NCBI GenBank assembly: GCA_030600655.1
Contig: JAUVLP010000002.1
Coordinates: forward strand, 1-63,465
Direction: 5' to 3'
DNA: 63,465 nt
From: Candidatus Eiseniibacteriota bacterium
Lineage (GTDB): Bacteria > Joyebacterota > Joyebacteria > Joyebacterales > Joyebacteraceae
Below, piece by piece: positions 36,101-43,847 of the stretch. The notes beneath the pieces were generated by a model. That model was given only the letters and a program-made list of their open reading frames with translations, was not told where the DNA came from and made no database searches. How positions within the stretch are numbered: the first letter of the stretch is position 1; every line of letters begins with the position of its first letter. The position numbers and the translations under genes were made by a program.

Positions 36101-37921
36101 CAGAACCGTGGCGAACTGCGTCCACCTGTCGGTATTGTCACGACCTGCTTCCCCGAAGCTCGCGTGAAGGGCCAGTGTCGTTCCCAACAGAGGTCCTATC
36201 TCCTGGCATCCGGAGACGTACAGCAGGTCCAACCAGTCCCAGTAGTAGTCGCGGCACGTCGTCGGAAAAGCGTATCGGGTTGGCCCCAGCGCGGCAAAAG
36301 CCCCACCGTTCGGATTAGTGACAGCTCGCTCTGCAATGCAGTCGTAATCGATGGCCGTAGACGTACAATTGAGCAGCCAGAGAAACCCGGCCTTGTCTGT
36401 GCCGTTTGTGAGCCCCGAGATGTCGCTCATCACGATGTAGCTGTTGAGCCCAGCTCTCATGATGTCCTTGTTCCCGTGACCAACGTGGACCACAAGATTG
36501 TATCCCAGCTCAAGCGAATCCACTGCCGCTGCGCCACTGAGAGGATAGGCGTCGGGAAATGGAGCAATGTTGGCATAGAGCTTGGTATTGGAGATATGGG
36601 CGGGGACGAAGGCAAGACCAGGTTCAATGATGTCAACAGCGCCATCGAGACTATATGGCCCACTCTCCCAATCGTATGGGAAGAGCACCTCTCCCAAGTA
36701 CAGGTTGCGATCCGTGAAGTATGGTACCGGACTTTCCCGGTATGCCACGCACCTGGCCAGGAACGCCTCCACTTCAACCAGGTTGCTCACCGGGGCGCGG
36801 CCAACGAAAACGTCGGCATACAGATCGACACCATCACCCATGATTTCCTCGGATATGTAGCCCTCCCCAAACGATGCGTCTCCATCACCGTTCCAGTTGC
36901 CGTCGAGGTCCGAGTAATAAAGATCCACCGGGATATCCTGCCCACCGTAATAGCTGGTGCGCCCATACCGCACAGGCACGATCTCGGTATCGCCTCCCAG
37001 GAGCACGTACGTTGTCCCCCACGATGCGTATGCATCCTTGAGGAAGAACCGTATACGCTCGGCACTGTCGCATCCCCCGGGGTAGTTTGCATCGATCCAC
37101 GACACCGTCCGAACGACGGCCGGCACGCCCTTTTGGGTCTTCCAATCCGCGAGTTCCTGGAAGTACGGCTCGAATTCGCTACTCGTGACTATGACGTACT
37201 CGACCGCGCTTCCCTCTAGTGAAGGCGCGTACCGGGGCGCGAACCCTCCCGCCACCGGACCGGACACCACGTCGGTCTGCACGTTTCTGAGCATGTCCAG
37301 ATCTTCAGGATTGGCTACGATACTGCGCAGGAGACGACGATACAGCTCGTCCGAAGTAGCGGTAACCCTCATACGATCGGCTGCTTGCCTATTGGATGAT
37401 TCCAGACTCAGTTCCACGGTAAGCTCAGGTGCCAGCACGAGCCTGCCGGACAGAGGCTTCACCTGCACGGGATACAGAGCCACGGTCGCAATGCGATACC
37501 CACCGAGGAATCCACTCCCAAGATAGACCGCACGCTTCGGAGGATACGGAAGATCACTGGCGTAGATACGCTCGTCCGGATCAGCCCACGCCGCACTCTC
37601 CCCGATCGGAACCTCAGGTTGGACAGGGTGAATTGTGTGTTCGCCATCGAGTACGACCTCATCGCCCTCGATGATCACAAGTCCCCCCACCGTCATCCCA
37701 TCCGGAATCACAAAGCGGACGATGTGCGCAGGGATATCTGGTTCCCCCACCAAACCCAGCCTACTCCCATCGCCGAAGCTCAGTGTCTCAAAACCTCTTC
37801 TCTGGCCAAGTGTGATATCGTCCGCGGTAAACGTGGTGTGCGCGACGGGTCCGGCTGTCGCCACCACCGCCACCGCGGCTGTCACCAGTACAAGCAGCGT
37901 GACAAGGAGTGCGGATCGCAT
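33185..37921 (-). CDS. Giant secreted gingipain-like (C25) cysteine peptidase fused to Ig/CARDB-like and FN3-like domains, an 8-repeat FG-GAP region and a T9SS/FlgD-type C-terminal domain
   Basis: 1578 aa with a signal peptide. C25 core YVIVTSSEFEPYFQELADWK...YVLLGGDTEIVP, putative His in VHVGHGN and Cys in LWLLNCTS. Eight Dx[DN]xDG-type repeats (DLDGDGSNEIL, DLDKDGRNEVI, DIDGDGELEIL, DVDGDGDLEIA and others), each preceded by GWP. C-terminus NVPNPFNPLTTIEF...ASGVYFYRL...KMLLLK. Confidence 0.85.
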   Translation of the reverse strand: MRSALLVTLLVLVTAAVAVVATAGPVAHTTFTADDITLGQRRGFETLSFGDGSRLGLVGEPDIPAHIVRFVIPDGMTVGGLVIIEGDEVVLDGEHTIHPVQPEVPIGESAAWADPDERIYASDLPYPPKRAVYLGSGFLGGYRIATVALYPVQVKPLSGRLVLAPELTVELSLESSNRQAADRMRVTATSDELYRRLLRSIVANPEDLDMLRNVQTDVVSGPVAGGFAPRYAPSLEGSAVEYVIVTSSEFEPYFQELADWKTQKGVPAVVRTVSWIDANYPGGCDSAERIRFFLKDAYASWGTTYVLLGGDTEIVPVRYGRTSYYGGQDIPVDLYYSDLDGNWNGDGDASFGEGYISEEIMGDGVDLYADVFVGRAPVSNLVEVEAFLARCVAYRESPVPYFTDRNLYLGEVLFPYDWESGPYSLDGAVDIIEPGLAFVPAHISNTKLYANIAPFPDAYPLSGAAAVDSLELGYNLVVHVGHGNKDIMRAGLNSYIVMSDISGLTNGTDKAGFLWLLNCTSTAIDYDCIAERAVTNPNGGAFAALGPTRYAFPTTCRDYYWDWLDLLYVSGCQEIGPLLGTTLALHASFGEAGRDNTDRWTQFATVLLGDPEMAMRTQRPRNLSVAFSGAMLVGEDGMTFNVTDPGIVEGAKVCVSSSSGDVYAYGTTDGTGQVHLDFTPTLTGVLQVTVTSPNYYVFESSIHVVMAAGAYVHLTGATVDDDSSGASSGNGNGKAEPDETLELDVTVRNAGAVTAAAVSAVISSTDPYIVIETDTVLLGDLEPTETVESTAAFRLFVTSDCPNNYDAELTIDFSEAGRSAWQEEFTVRVYAPDLVHIYTQIDDSYGGDGDGIPETGETITLLLDVINEGNGDADGVTGVLRYADPLVVSFSDSTDVWGNISSGATATGSDGFEFTVLGDISDLFQFRLVDEYGKIWTKHLDLQRPDPPDSLWGDVAGTTINLYWEQALEPDIKGYDVWRSESQSGPYVVANTAIVEDVSYFADAGLEENALYYYYVVAVDSSGNASLASVVLNISTNPPSLSGWPLPTSAGIYSSVVVVDLDGDGSNEILVASEELYAWHANGTEVRDGDGDPRTGGIFTVDGEGGYRCTPAVGEVDGDSGVEIVAAAWADVGVGGVPAHEVFVWNGEDGSVVSGWPVTTGKFCWASPALADLDKDGRNEVIIPCADGKLYCWSYNGSEFIDGDDDPLTVGVFADLGSPWIYASPAIADIDGDGELEILQPAATESVYCFNADGSNVPGWPISIGVKAYSSPAVGDVDGDGDLEIAIVSKSWNVWLFDHEGNPLAGWPKTIANSGDFPPSCVLADITDDGFLELVQVGSDGEIQIWDYQGNTIGGWPQYVDGNVKSSPAIANIDDDPDLELIIGCDSGKLFAFDLDGTVLDGWPIQTGAYIYGSPTVTDVDGDGDVEVVVGGMDTNVYVWDCEGAYDDGAGIEWGCFLHDTWRTQFYGFEMPVGVSDDDIAGSARWLLEQNVPNPFNPLTTIEFVVPAADDGAPVTLSIYTVRGSLVRTLLNLRVESGRRSAVWDGRDANGGPVASGVYFYRLTIGAKSESRKMLLLK

Positions 37922-38159
37922 TCAGTTTCCCCCACTAGCAGCCATGCAGCAGGTGTAGAGCGAAGCTCTGCCGCAGAACAAAACAGGAGTCAGCTACTAC
38001 TCCCACCGACTGCCCCTTTGCGACGCGTTCGTCTCCCCCCGGCAAACACCGGTAGGACATTAATCGCGCTCAAGAGCAGTAGCAGTCTGAGTAGATGCGG
38101 ACTCCCGTTTCTGACCTGTTGTTCATATACTCACAGACCTACTTACCTATGCATATTTT

Positions 38160-38188
38160 ATGCTAGCATGCTGTGATTACGATGTCAA
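38160..38188 (-). promoter_or_regulatory. Possible sigma70 promoter for the C25 protease gene
   Basis: Minus strand TTGACA (38183-38188), 17-nt spacer, TGC-TAGCAT (-10 at 38160-38165), in an AT-rich patch that contains the 10-bp palindrome ATGCTAGCAT. It implies a ~230-nt leader. Confidence 0.35.
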
Positions 38189-38285
38189 GCCGACATGCAC
38201 CGTAATCGGTACATCTGCAGACGATTACAGCATCGCCGGGCAGCTTCGTAGGCCACCCGGCGCGCTTGAATCACTCGGCTATCGG

Positions 38286-38362
38286 TGGTGGAGCCAGGGG
38301 GGATCGAACCCCCGACCTCCTGACTGCCAGTCAGGCGCTCATCCCAACTGAGCTATGGCCCC
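38286..38362 (-). tRNA. tRNA-Ala(GGC): tRNA-Ala (anticodon GGC), CCA encoded
   Basis: 77-nt cloverleaf: GGGGCCA acceptor with the G3:U70 Ala identity pair, anticodon loop CTGGCAG, T-arm GGGGGTTCGATCCCCCC, 3' ACCA. Confidence 0.95.
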
Positions 38363-38390
38363 ACACATTTTCTCCCAATTCAGGAAGAAA

Positions 38391-38418
38391 AGGATAGCAC
38401 TTCTGAGTGCACAGTCAA
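38391..38418 (-). promoter_or_regulatory. Sigma70-type promoter of tRNA-Ala
   Basis: Minus strand TTGACT (38413-38418), 16-nt spacer, TGC-TATCCT (-10 at 38391-38396), ~29 nt before the tRNA 5' end. Confidence 0.4.
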
Positions 38419-38440
38419 GCGCAATCTCACTCTGCACGGG

Positions 38441-38508
38441 AACGCATGGGTACATGGTGACCCACCCGGCCGAAGGTAACGCATGGGTACATGGTGACCC
38501 ACCCAGCC
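38441..38508. repeat. Tandem direct repeat (31-nt unit, 37-bp period, 2 copies) between the divergent tRNA promoters
   Basis: aacgcatgggtacatggtgacccacccggcc (38441-38471) and aacgcatgggtacatggtgacccacccagcc (38478-38508), 30 of 31 identical. Confidence 0.9.
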
Positions 38509-38583
38509 GGCTGAGCAAGTCGGCTCGCTTCAGCCCCGACAGCTCCTTCTCCCGCGCCCGCCAAGCAAAATTCCTCCACGCGG

Positions 38584-38612
38584 TTGACGCCTCGTCTTCC
38601 CAGTGCTAGATT
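38584..38612 (+). promoter_or_regulatory. Sigma70-type promoter of tRNA-Leu (extended -10)
   Basis: TTGACG (38584-38589), 17-nt spacer, TGC-TAGATT (-10 at 38607-38612), 18 nt before the tRNA 5' end. It shares gtgctagattt with the rpmB promoter. Confidence 0.55.
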
Positions 38613-38630
38613 TGTTATCTTGCTCAGTGA

Positions 38631-38719
38631 GCCGGAGTGGTGAAACTGGTAGACGCACGGGACTCAAAATCCCGCGGAGCGTCAGCTCCGTGCCGGTTCG
38701 ATCCCGGCCTCCGGCACCA
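38631..38719 (+). tRNA. tRNA-Leu(CAA): tRNA-Leu (anticodon CAA), long variable arm, CCA encoded
   Basis: 89 nt: acceptor GCCGGAG/CTCCGGC, anticodon stem-loop CGGGA-CTCAAAA-TCCCG, variable arm CGGAGCGTCAGCTCCGT, T-arm GCCGGTTCGATCCCGGC, 3' ACCA. Confidence 0.95.
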
Positions 38720-38724
38720 GACAG

Positions 38725-38752
38725 ACGGGGCTGCCGTATACGGCAGCCCCGT
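38725..38752. terminator. Perfect 12-bp hairpin after tRNA-Leu (shared with the convergent lipoprotein gene)
   Basis: ACGGGGCTGCCG (38725-38736), TATA loop, CGGCAGCCCCGT (38741-38752), followed by TGT. The T-tract is poor. Confidence 0.5.
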
Positions 38753-38822
38753 TGTCACAAGCAACCACTGGTCAACCCGGACACGCGGTCCATCCATCCA
38801 TTGCCCATGGCTGCAACATCCT

Positions 38823-39284
38823 CTATTCGAACATCGACTCTGGATCGCCAAGATCATCATCTACAAGATCAAGCACGAGGGTCACTACACATTCGGTGCT
38901 CTTCTCGACTGTTACCGTGCAGCAGTAACTCACGTACTCCTCGTCGAGTGACTCCTCAGCGTCCTTCATCCGGTTGACATACACCTCGTATGTCTGTTCA
39001 AAGGCGTGCGGATCACCCAGATCAACATCCAACACCTCGAACGTGCCGTCGCTGCAGCTCGTAACTTCGTAGCTCACCTCGCGAGCGTCGCTTCCGACCT
39101 CAGCCCACATATAGACTGTTACTGCCTCGATCGGGTTACCCATGCGATCATCAACCGTACCTGTAACCGTTCCACTATTGCCGTCCCATGACGACTCCGG
39201 CCCTACCATGCTACAGCCGGTCACCGTCATCACCACGAACGCCGCTGCGGCTACTGCTCTCAAAACGAACTGTCCTCTACTCAT
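38823..39284 (-). CDS. Small acidic lipoprotein with a carboxypeptidase-regulatory-like beta-sandwich
   Basis: 153 aa. Lipobox in AAAAFVVMTVTGCS. GTVTGTVDDRMGNPIEAVTVYMW resembles CarboxypepD_reg. GAGGAGG lies upstream of the ATG. Function unknown. Confidence 0.65.
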   Translation of the reverse strand: MSRGQFVLRAVAAAAFVVMTVTGCSMVGPESSWDGNSGTVTGTVDDRMGNPIEAVTVYMWAEVGSDAREVSYEVTSCSDGTFEVLDVDLGDPHAFEQTYEVYVNRMKDAEESLDEEYVSYCCTVTVEKSTECVVTLVLDLVDDDLGDPESMFE

Positions 39285-39534
39285 CTCCGTTCCCCTCCTC
39301 GGCGTCTCGCCCTAATCGACGTACGCCAGTCCTTGTGCCGTCAGCAGCCTCACTGCGGTGCTTCTCATGTCGGCTGTACCACCCCCGGCACGCACTGTTA
39401 CAATGCGCTCGAATAGCCTCTGCCCACCCAGACTGACTGCATAGAGTGTGCCATACAGCACGGTCACGCAGACCATGCCCCCCTAAAGCTGGTCCTTGCT
39501 CACTATTATCTCCATACCCTCTCTGCGTTTCCAC

Positions 39535-39564
39535 TTGCCACGATCGGCGGAGAAACCATATAGT
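39535..39564 (+). promoter_or_regulatory. Sigma70-type promoter of the Yip1-like gene
   Basis: TTGCCA (39535-39540), 18-nt spacer, TATAGT (39559-39564), giving a ~100-nt leader. Confidence 0.45.
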
Positions 39565-39670
39565 GGCGCCGTCAACTGTGTTCTAGGATTCACAGACACC
39601 GTCCGCTCGGAGAGTCCCGGTCTGCAAGGGATTCCGGTAGGGACCGAGACCTGCAAAAGGAGGACTTTTC

Positions 39671-40189
39671 ATGAGCTTTGTCGACTATCTGAAGATGGGG
39701 TGGAAAGTGGCCCAGCTCAAGATGGAGGCCATCGAATTTCTGGCGGCAGACGAGAAGGCCTTCGGGCCCGCAATCGGCATTCTGGCCATCGGCGGAGTGG
39801 CAATGGCCATCGGCACACTCAACCCAGCGGGCATCATCCTGTTCCCCATCGTTTTCGTCATAGGGGCTTTCATAGCCATGGGGCTCATGCACCTCGCCGC
39901 AACACTCATCTTCGGGGCCACCGGCGAGTTCAAATCACTGATCAACGTGATTGGATGCGCATCGATCATCCAGTGGATCGCTGTTGTACCTCTCCTCGGC
40001 CCAGCTCTCACGGCCCTCTCCGGCCTCTGGCTTCTGGTGGTCAGTGTTCTGACGGTTGAGAAGACCTATAAGCTGGACCGCGGCAAGTCCGTCATCGTGG
40101 TGGCCATTCCGGCGGTTCTGGCTCTCATACTTGGAACACTGTTCTCCGCCATCATCGGTTTCTCGATACTGATGATGACCAATCGATAG
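39671..40189 (+). CDS. Yip1-family integral membrane protein
   Basis: 172 aa with 4-5 TM helices and a short N-terminal cytosolic segment. AAAGGAGG lies 8 nt before the ATG. Confidence 0.7.
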   Translation: MSFVDYLKMGWKVAQLKMEAIEFLAADEKAFGPAIGILAIGGVAMAIGTLNPAGIILFPIVFVIGAFIAMGLMHLAATLIFGATGEFKSLINVIGCASIIQWIAVVPLLGPALTALSGLWLLVVSVLTVEKTYKLDRGKSVIVVAIPAVLALILGTLFSAIIGFSILMMTNR

Positions 40190-40213
40190 CTGCATGCAAC
40201 AGCTGATGCGGAT

Positions 40214-40241
40214 GGACGGGGACCGCGCGTGGTCCCCGTCC
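40214..40241 (+). terminator. Strong hairpin after the Yip1-like gene
   Basis: GGACGGGGACC (40214-40224), GCGCGT loop, GGTCCCCGTCC (40231-40241). No clear T-tract. Confidence 0.5.
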
Positions 40242-40369
40242 GCACATTCAGCCTGGATCGCCTGACGAACTCTTAAACCATGCTGCCGACACGGTGTCGA
40301 AAGCAGGTGGAGAATGCAGAGAACATGTTGCGTGCGGAACAGAGGCGACAGAGAGCAAGGAGGTCGAAC

Positions 40370-41464
40370 ATGACAGGGCACAGGCGCGCGACATTGATCC
40401 TCTCAGGCGTACTTGTAGCATTCCTTCTCCTGCCTGTGATGCTCATTGCCGGCGAGACAGATGAAGAGACCTTCGTCGTCAAGGTACGGGCCGACGACAA
40501 TGACGATACGAGAGTCGTAACGATCGAGCTGACCGGGGACGATGCCGGCTGGCTCGGTGTAGGCATTGCCGATCTCGACGAGAAGAAGCGCGAGAGCATG
40601 GGAGTCGACAAGGAACACGTTGTCATTATCACCAAGGTCTACGAAGACAGCCCTGCGGAAGAAGCAGCTATCCAGACGGACGACATCGTTATCAGGCTGA
40701 GTGGCAACGATGTCAGGAGCACGAAACAGCTCGCCGACATGATCAGTAGCATGGATCCCTACACCACTATCGAGATCGAGCTTCTGCGAGACGGAAAGAA
40801 GATTATCAAGAAGGTCATACTCGGTGTCCGTCCTTACCGCTTCGTATTCACAGATGACGAGGACGAACGCGCCTACTTCGATCTGGAAGGACTTGAGGCC
40901 CTCGGGAGACTCGGCCGGATGTTCTCTCCGAGAGTGAACATCGGCATGGGTTGGGCCGGCAAAGGTAGACTTGGAGTCTACGTGGATGACCTGAGTGATG
41001 GGTTGGGTGAGTATTTCCAGGTTCCTGATGGAAAAGGCGTGCTCGTCGAGGAGGTGGTCGAGAACAGTCCTGCTGAGGACGGTGGCATCAGAGCCGGGGA
41101 TGTAATCATCAGAATCGGAGATACCAGGATCTCGAACACGGACGAGCTGGTCGATGCGATCAGCGATATGGAGGCCGGCGTAGAGACGCCCGTCGTCATC
41201 GTGCGCGAGCATTCTCAGACAACTCTCGAAATCACCGTGGATGAGTCGGTCGCTCACAAATACATCACCGCACTCAAGCAAATACGGATCGGAGGCGATG
41301 ACGGGGTGATCTTCTCTCCCGGTGAACGCCACATGATCGTCGAGGAACTCGAGGAGTTTCGTGACGCTAAGAAAAGGATCCTGGAAGAAGAGATCGAAGA
41401 GCTTCGCGAGGCCCTGAACGAGCTCAAAGAGGAGATGAAGGAACTCAAAGCCGGTAACCAGTAG
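40370..41464 (+). CDS. Membrane-anchored double-PDZ protein with a C-terminal coiled coil (no protease domain)
   Basis: ATG at 40370 lies 6 nt after AAGGAGG. Signal anchor ATLILSGVLVAFLLLPVMLIAG. Two PDZ units (GWLGVGIADL...SPAEEAAIQTDDIVIRLSG; GRLGVYVDDL...SPAEDGGIRAGDVIIRIGD). C-terminal EEEIEELREALNELKEEMKELK. Confidence 0.8.
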   Translation: MTGHRRATLILSGVLVAFLLLPVMLIAGETDEETFVVKVRADDNDDTRVVTIELTGDDAGWLGVGIADLDEKKRESMGVDKEHVVIITKVYEDSPAEEAAIQTDDIVIRLSGNDVRSTKQLADMISSMDPYTTIEIELLRDGKKIIKKVILGVRPYRFVFTDDEDERAYFDLEGLEALGRLGRMFSPRVNIGMGWAGKGRLGVYVDDLSDGLGEYFQVPDGKGVLVEEVVENSPAEDGGIRAGDVIIRIGDTRISNTDELVDAISDMEAGVETPVVIVREHSQTTLEITVDESVAHKYITALKQIRIGGDDGVIFSPGERHMIVEELEEFRDAKKRILEEEIEELREALNELKEEMKELKAGNQ

Positions 41465-41500
41465 CGCGGCCGGAGCGAGTGATTCGCTCTGTCCCCCCAG

Positions 41501-41536
41501 CCCCCCGTCTCCAGCATAGGCGGGGGGTTCCCTTGT
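41501..41536 (+). terminator. Rho-independent terminator of the PDZ gene
   Basis: CCCCCCG (41501-41507) / CGGGGGG (41521-41527) stem followed by TTCCCTTG. Confidence 0.55.
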
Positions 41537-41603
41537 CAGAGAGCTTGAGTTCAAGGCGGGTGTACCGGTCCGGAAACCGGAACCAACGCTTTGTGGGAAT
41601 CAC

Positions 41604-42833
41604 CTACTCCGGGATTATCTGCCTTCGGTGAACCTCACGTACAGTGGCCTCTTCCGTGCTTGTCAGGTCCACGCCGCGGCGCGCCATGACGAGCCGGGCG
41701 GTCGCAATCGCTCGCTCTATGTCGTGTTCGACGAAACCGTCTCCCGTCCCCCACGAAAATGAGGGTATCGACTTAGGCGCAAGCCCGTCGCTCAAGATGT
41801 TGCAGAACACACCGATCACGGTGCCCGTATTGAGTTTCGTACCAATGGCGGTCTTGGTGTGGTCACCTATCGTCGCGCCGACGAATGTGGATCCTGTATC
41901 AATGATCTCACCGTTCAGTTCGACCCGAACGGAACCGTAGTTGTTCTTGAGATCACTGTTGTCCGTCGCGGCGCCGATATTGACCCAGCTCCCAAGGTAG
42001 GCGTGTCCGAGGAACCCTTCGTGTTGCTTGTTCACAAACGAGTGAAGCACCGATCCTTCCACCTCGCCTCCCACCTTGCACGTCTCGCCTATCGACGTGC
42101 CTGCGTAGATCTTGGCGCCCACCTTTATGCATGACCCGGCACCCACAGACGAAGGCCCGAGTATCACCGCGTTGGCCATCACCTCAACATTGGCGTTCAC
42201 GACGACAGGACCGGAACTGGCATCAATCACGACTCCCGGACCGAGCGAGCTCCCCTCTCCTATCGCAATCCGGGCCGGCTCCACGAGCTGTGCCGAAGCA
42301 TGTAGCTCTCCTTCCATGGTCCCCAAGCGACCCGAGACCACAGCATCCGCTTCTATCTCTTCAGCCGTCAATCGCACAAGCTCCCACGGGTAGCGGGCCA
42401 CTCGAGCAGGCACCTCGCGAGCAGGCGAAATCCCGAGCACACCAAGGTCTCCCCCCGCGTCGCGCACCAAGCGCACTCTCTCAGCCGCTCCTCCGTGAAG
42501 GAGCGCACCGACGGGGTCCCCCCCGGACGTAAGGACGATATCTCCAGTCTCACCCTCAACGGCAATCAGGAATTCGTCATTGACAATCACGCGCGCTGAC
42601 AGAAGCAACGCATCCCCATCCTGAACACTGTCGATGCCTCTACTGGGATAGAGCTCCGACACGAGCGGATCGAGTTCCCGGCGCGGAAGCAAATTGACCG
42701 CCCAACCCGGTCTCCTGATTTCGAGCTTCTCTCTCAGAAGCAGTGATCCACATCTCAAATCGAAGGCCGAACGTAGAAGCGTGAGCGGACCAAACCACTT
42801 GACGCCCGCATCTTCGTAGAGAACAACCTGCAA
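41604..42833 (-). CDS. GlmU-like left-handed beta-helix acyltransferase / putative sugar nucleotidyltransferase (TIGR03991-like)
   Basis: 409 aa. The C-terminal half consists of hexapeptide repeats (IGEGSSLGPGVVID..., VGAGSCIKVGAKIYAGTSIGETCKVGGEVEGS). The N-terminal domain lacks a GxGTR signature. TTG start lies 7 nt after GAGGAGG. Confidence 0.65.
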   Translation of the reverse strand: MQVVLYEDAGVKWFGPLTLLRSAFDLRCGSLLLREKLEIRRPGWAVNLLPRRELDPLVSELYPSRGIDSVQDGDALLLSARVIVNDEFLIAVEGETGDIVLTSGGDPVGALLHGGAAERVRLVRDAGGDLGVLGISPAREVPARVARYPWELVRLTAEEIEADAVVSGRLGTMEGELHASAQLVEPARIAIGEGSSLGPGVVIDASSGPVVVNANVEVMANAVILGPSSVGAGSCIKVGAKIYAGTSIGETCKVGGEVEGSVLHSFVNKQHEGFLGHAYLGSWVNIGAATDNSDLKNNYGSVRVELNGEIIDTGSTFVGATIGDHTKTAIGTKLNTGTVIGVFCNILSDGLAPKSIPSFSWGTGDGFVEHDIERAIATARLVMARRGVDLTSTEEATVREVHRRQIIPE

Positions 42834-42914
42834 TCTGGTGCCTCCTCACTGTAAACGGCTTCCCCTGAACCAGGGGTCCGACCGGCAGCGGAATCAAACA
42901 CGTGCTTGCGAAAC

Positions 42915-43847
42915 CTACCCCCGTTCCTTCAACTCCTCAAGAAGCTTCAGGTAGCTATCGTAGCGCGCGGCGTTCAGCGCTCCGGTCTCCACGGCCTCCT
43001 TGACGGCGCAGCCGGGTTCGGGCGAATGGCTGCACCCTCTGAAGCGACATCTAGCAGTGTACTCACGGAATTCGGGAAAGAAGTAGTCCAGTTCACTCGG
43101 CCGTATCCTCCAGAAGCCGAGTTCGCGAAACCCGGGAGTGTCGGCAACGAGCGTTTCGCCACCGAGACGAAAGACGGTAACGTTGGTCGTGGCGTGCTTG
43201 CCTTTACCGCTCTTCCTGCTTATCTCTTTCACCCTGAGACCGAGCCCGGGGCTGATAGTGTTCAGAAGCGAACTCTTCCCCGCTCCACTGGGACCCGCAA
43301 GAACCGAGAAAGTACCGGCAAGTACCGATGCCAGTCTGTCAACGTTCGTACCATCTGTGGCAGATGTGGGAATCACTTCATAGCCCGCATTCTCATAGGC
43401 CGCCGCCGCCGGCCGCCACTCCTTCTCGGGAACCAGATCTATCTTGTTGAACACAATGACCGAGCGCAACCCTGCCGCTTCTGAGATGACCAGGAACCGG
43501 TCCAACAGACGCCTGTTGAGACGCGGCGCCCCCAAGGATGCAACGGTCACCAGTTGCTTGACGTTCGCAATGATGATCTGCTCGAGCAACCTGCGCCTGC
43601 CCGGAAGCAATCTGGAGAGCACGGTCTCCCTTGGAAGCGCGCGTTCGATGACACCGGAACCGTCTCTCAGCAGACCCAGTTCGACGAGGTCACCCGGAAC
43701 CACAGGCTTCTGCCCGTCGGTAAGCCTCGAGAAGTGTCTCCCCCTGAGGCGACAGCGGATGACATCGCCGCCGCTCAGAGCAACTTCCCACTCATCATGG
43801 TAGCAGGCCAGCACTCTTCCGATCACTGTCGAGGATGTCTCGCTCAC
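42915..43847 (-). CDS. rsgA: Ribosome small-subunit-dependent GTPase RsgA (YjeQ)
   Basis: OB fold, circularly permuted GTPase (NKIDL, GPSGAGKSSLLN) and zinc knuckle CRFRGCSHSPEPGC. The GTG start overlaps the RND stop (GTGA). Confidence 0.92.
   Translation of the reverse strand: MSETSSTVIGRVLACYHDEWEVALSGGDVIRCRLRGRHFSRLTDGQKPVVPGDLVELGLLRDGSGVIERALPRETVLSRLLPGRRRLLEQIIIANVKQLVTVASLGAPRLNRRLLDRFLVISEAAGLRSVIVFNKIDLVPEKEWRPAAAAYENAGYEVIPTSATDGTNVDRLASVLAGTFSVLAGPSGAGKSSLLNTISPGLGLRVKEISRKSGKGKHATTNVTVFRLGGETLVADTPGFRELGFWRIRPSELDYFFPEFREYTARCRFRGCSHSPEPGCAVKEAVETGALNAARYDSYLKLLEELKERG

Noticed and set aside
38441-38508. Tandem repeats here and at 62361-62420 as a possible mini-CRISPR array
   Set aside because: There are only two copies, the spacers are 6 nt or absent, there is no cas gene in the window, and the repeat lengths and geometry are wrong for CRISPR.
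38286-38719. tRNA pair as an integration hotspot, with the flanking C25 protease or lipoprotein/Yip1/PDZ genes as a genomic island
   Set aside because: I found no integrase or recombinase, no direct repeat of a tRNA 3' end nearby, and no obvious compositional break that I can see by eye.
39641-39670. Shared 12-mer acctgcaaaagg immediately upstream of both the Yip1 (39671) and M16 (50766) start codons
   Set aside because: A single 12-13-nt match between two sites is expected many times by chance in 63 kb. It largely reflects the purine-rich SD context.
40403-41554. 383-aa ORF antisense to the double-PDZ gene
   Set aside because: It is entirely antisense to a gene with clear domains, an SD and a terminator. 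Its product is low-complexity, with no motifs and no SD. This is a typical GC-rich shadow ORF.
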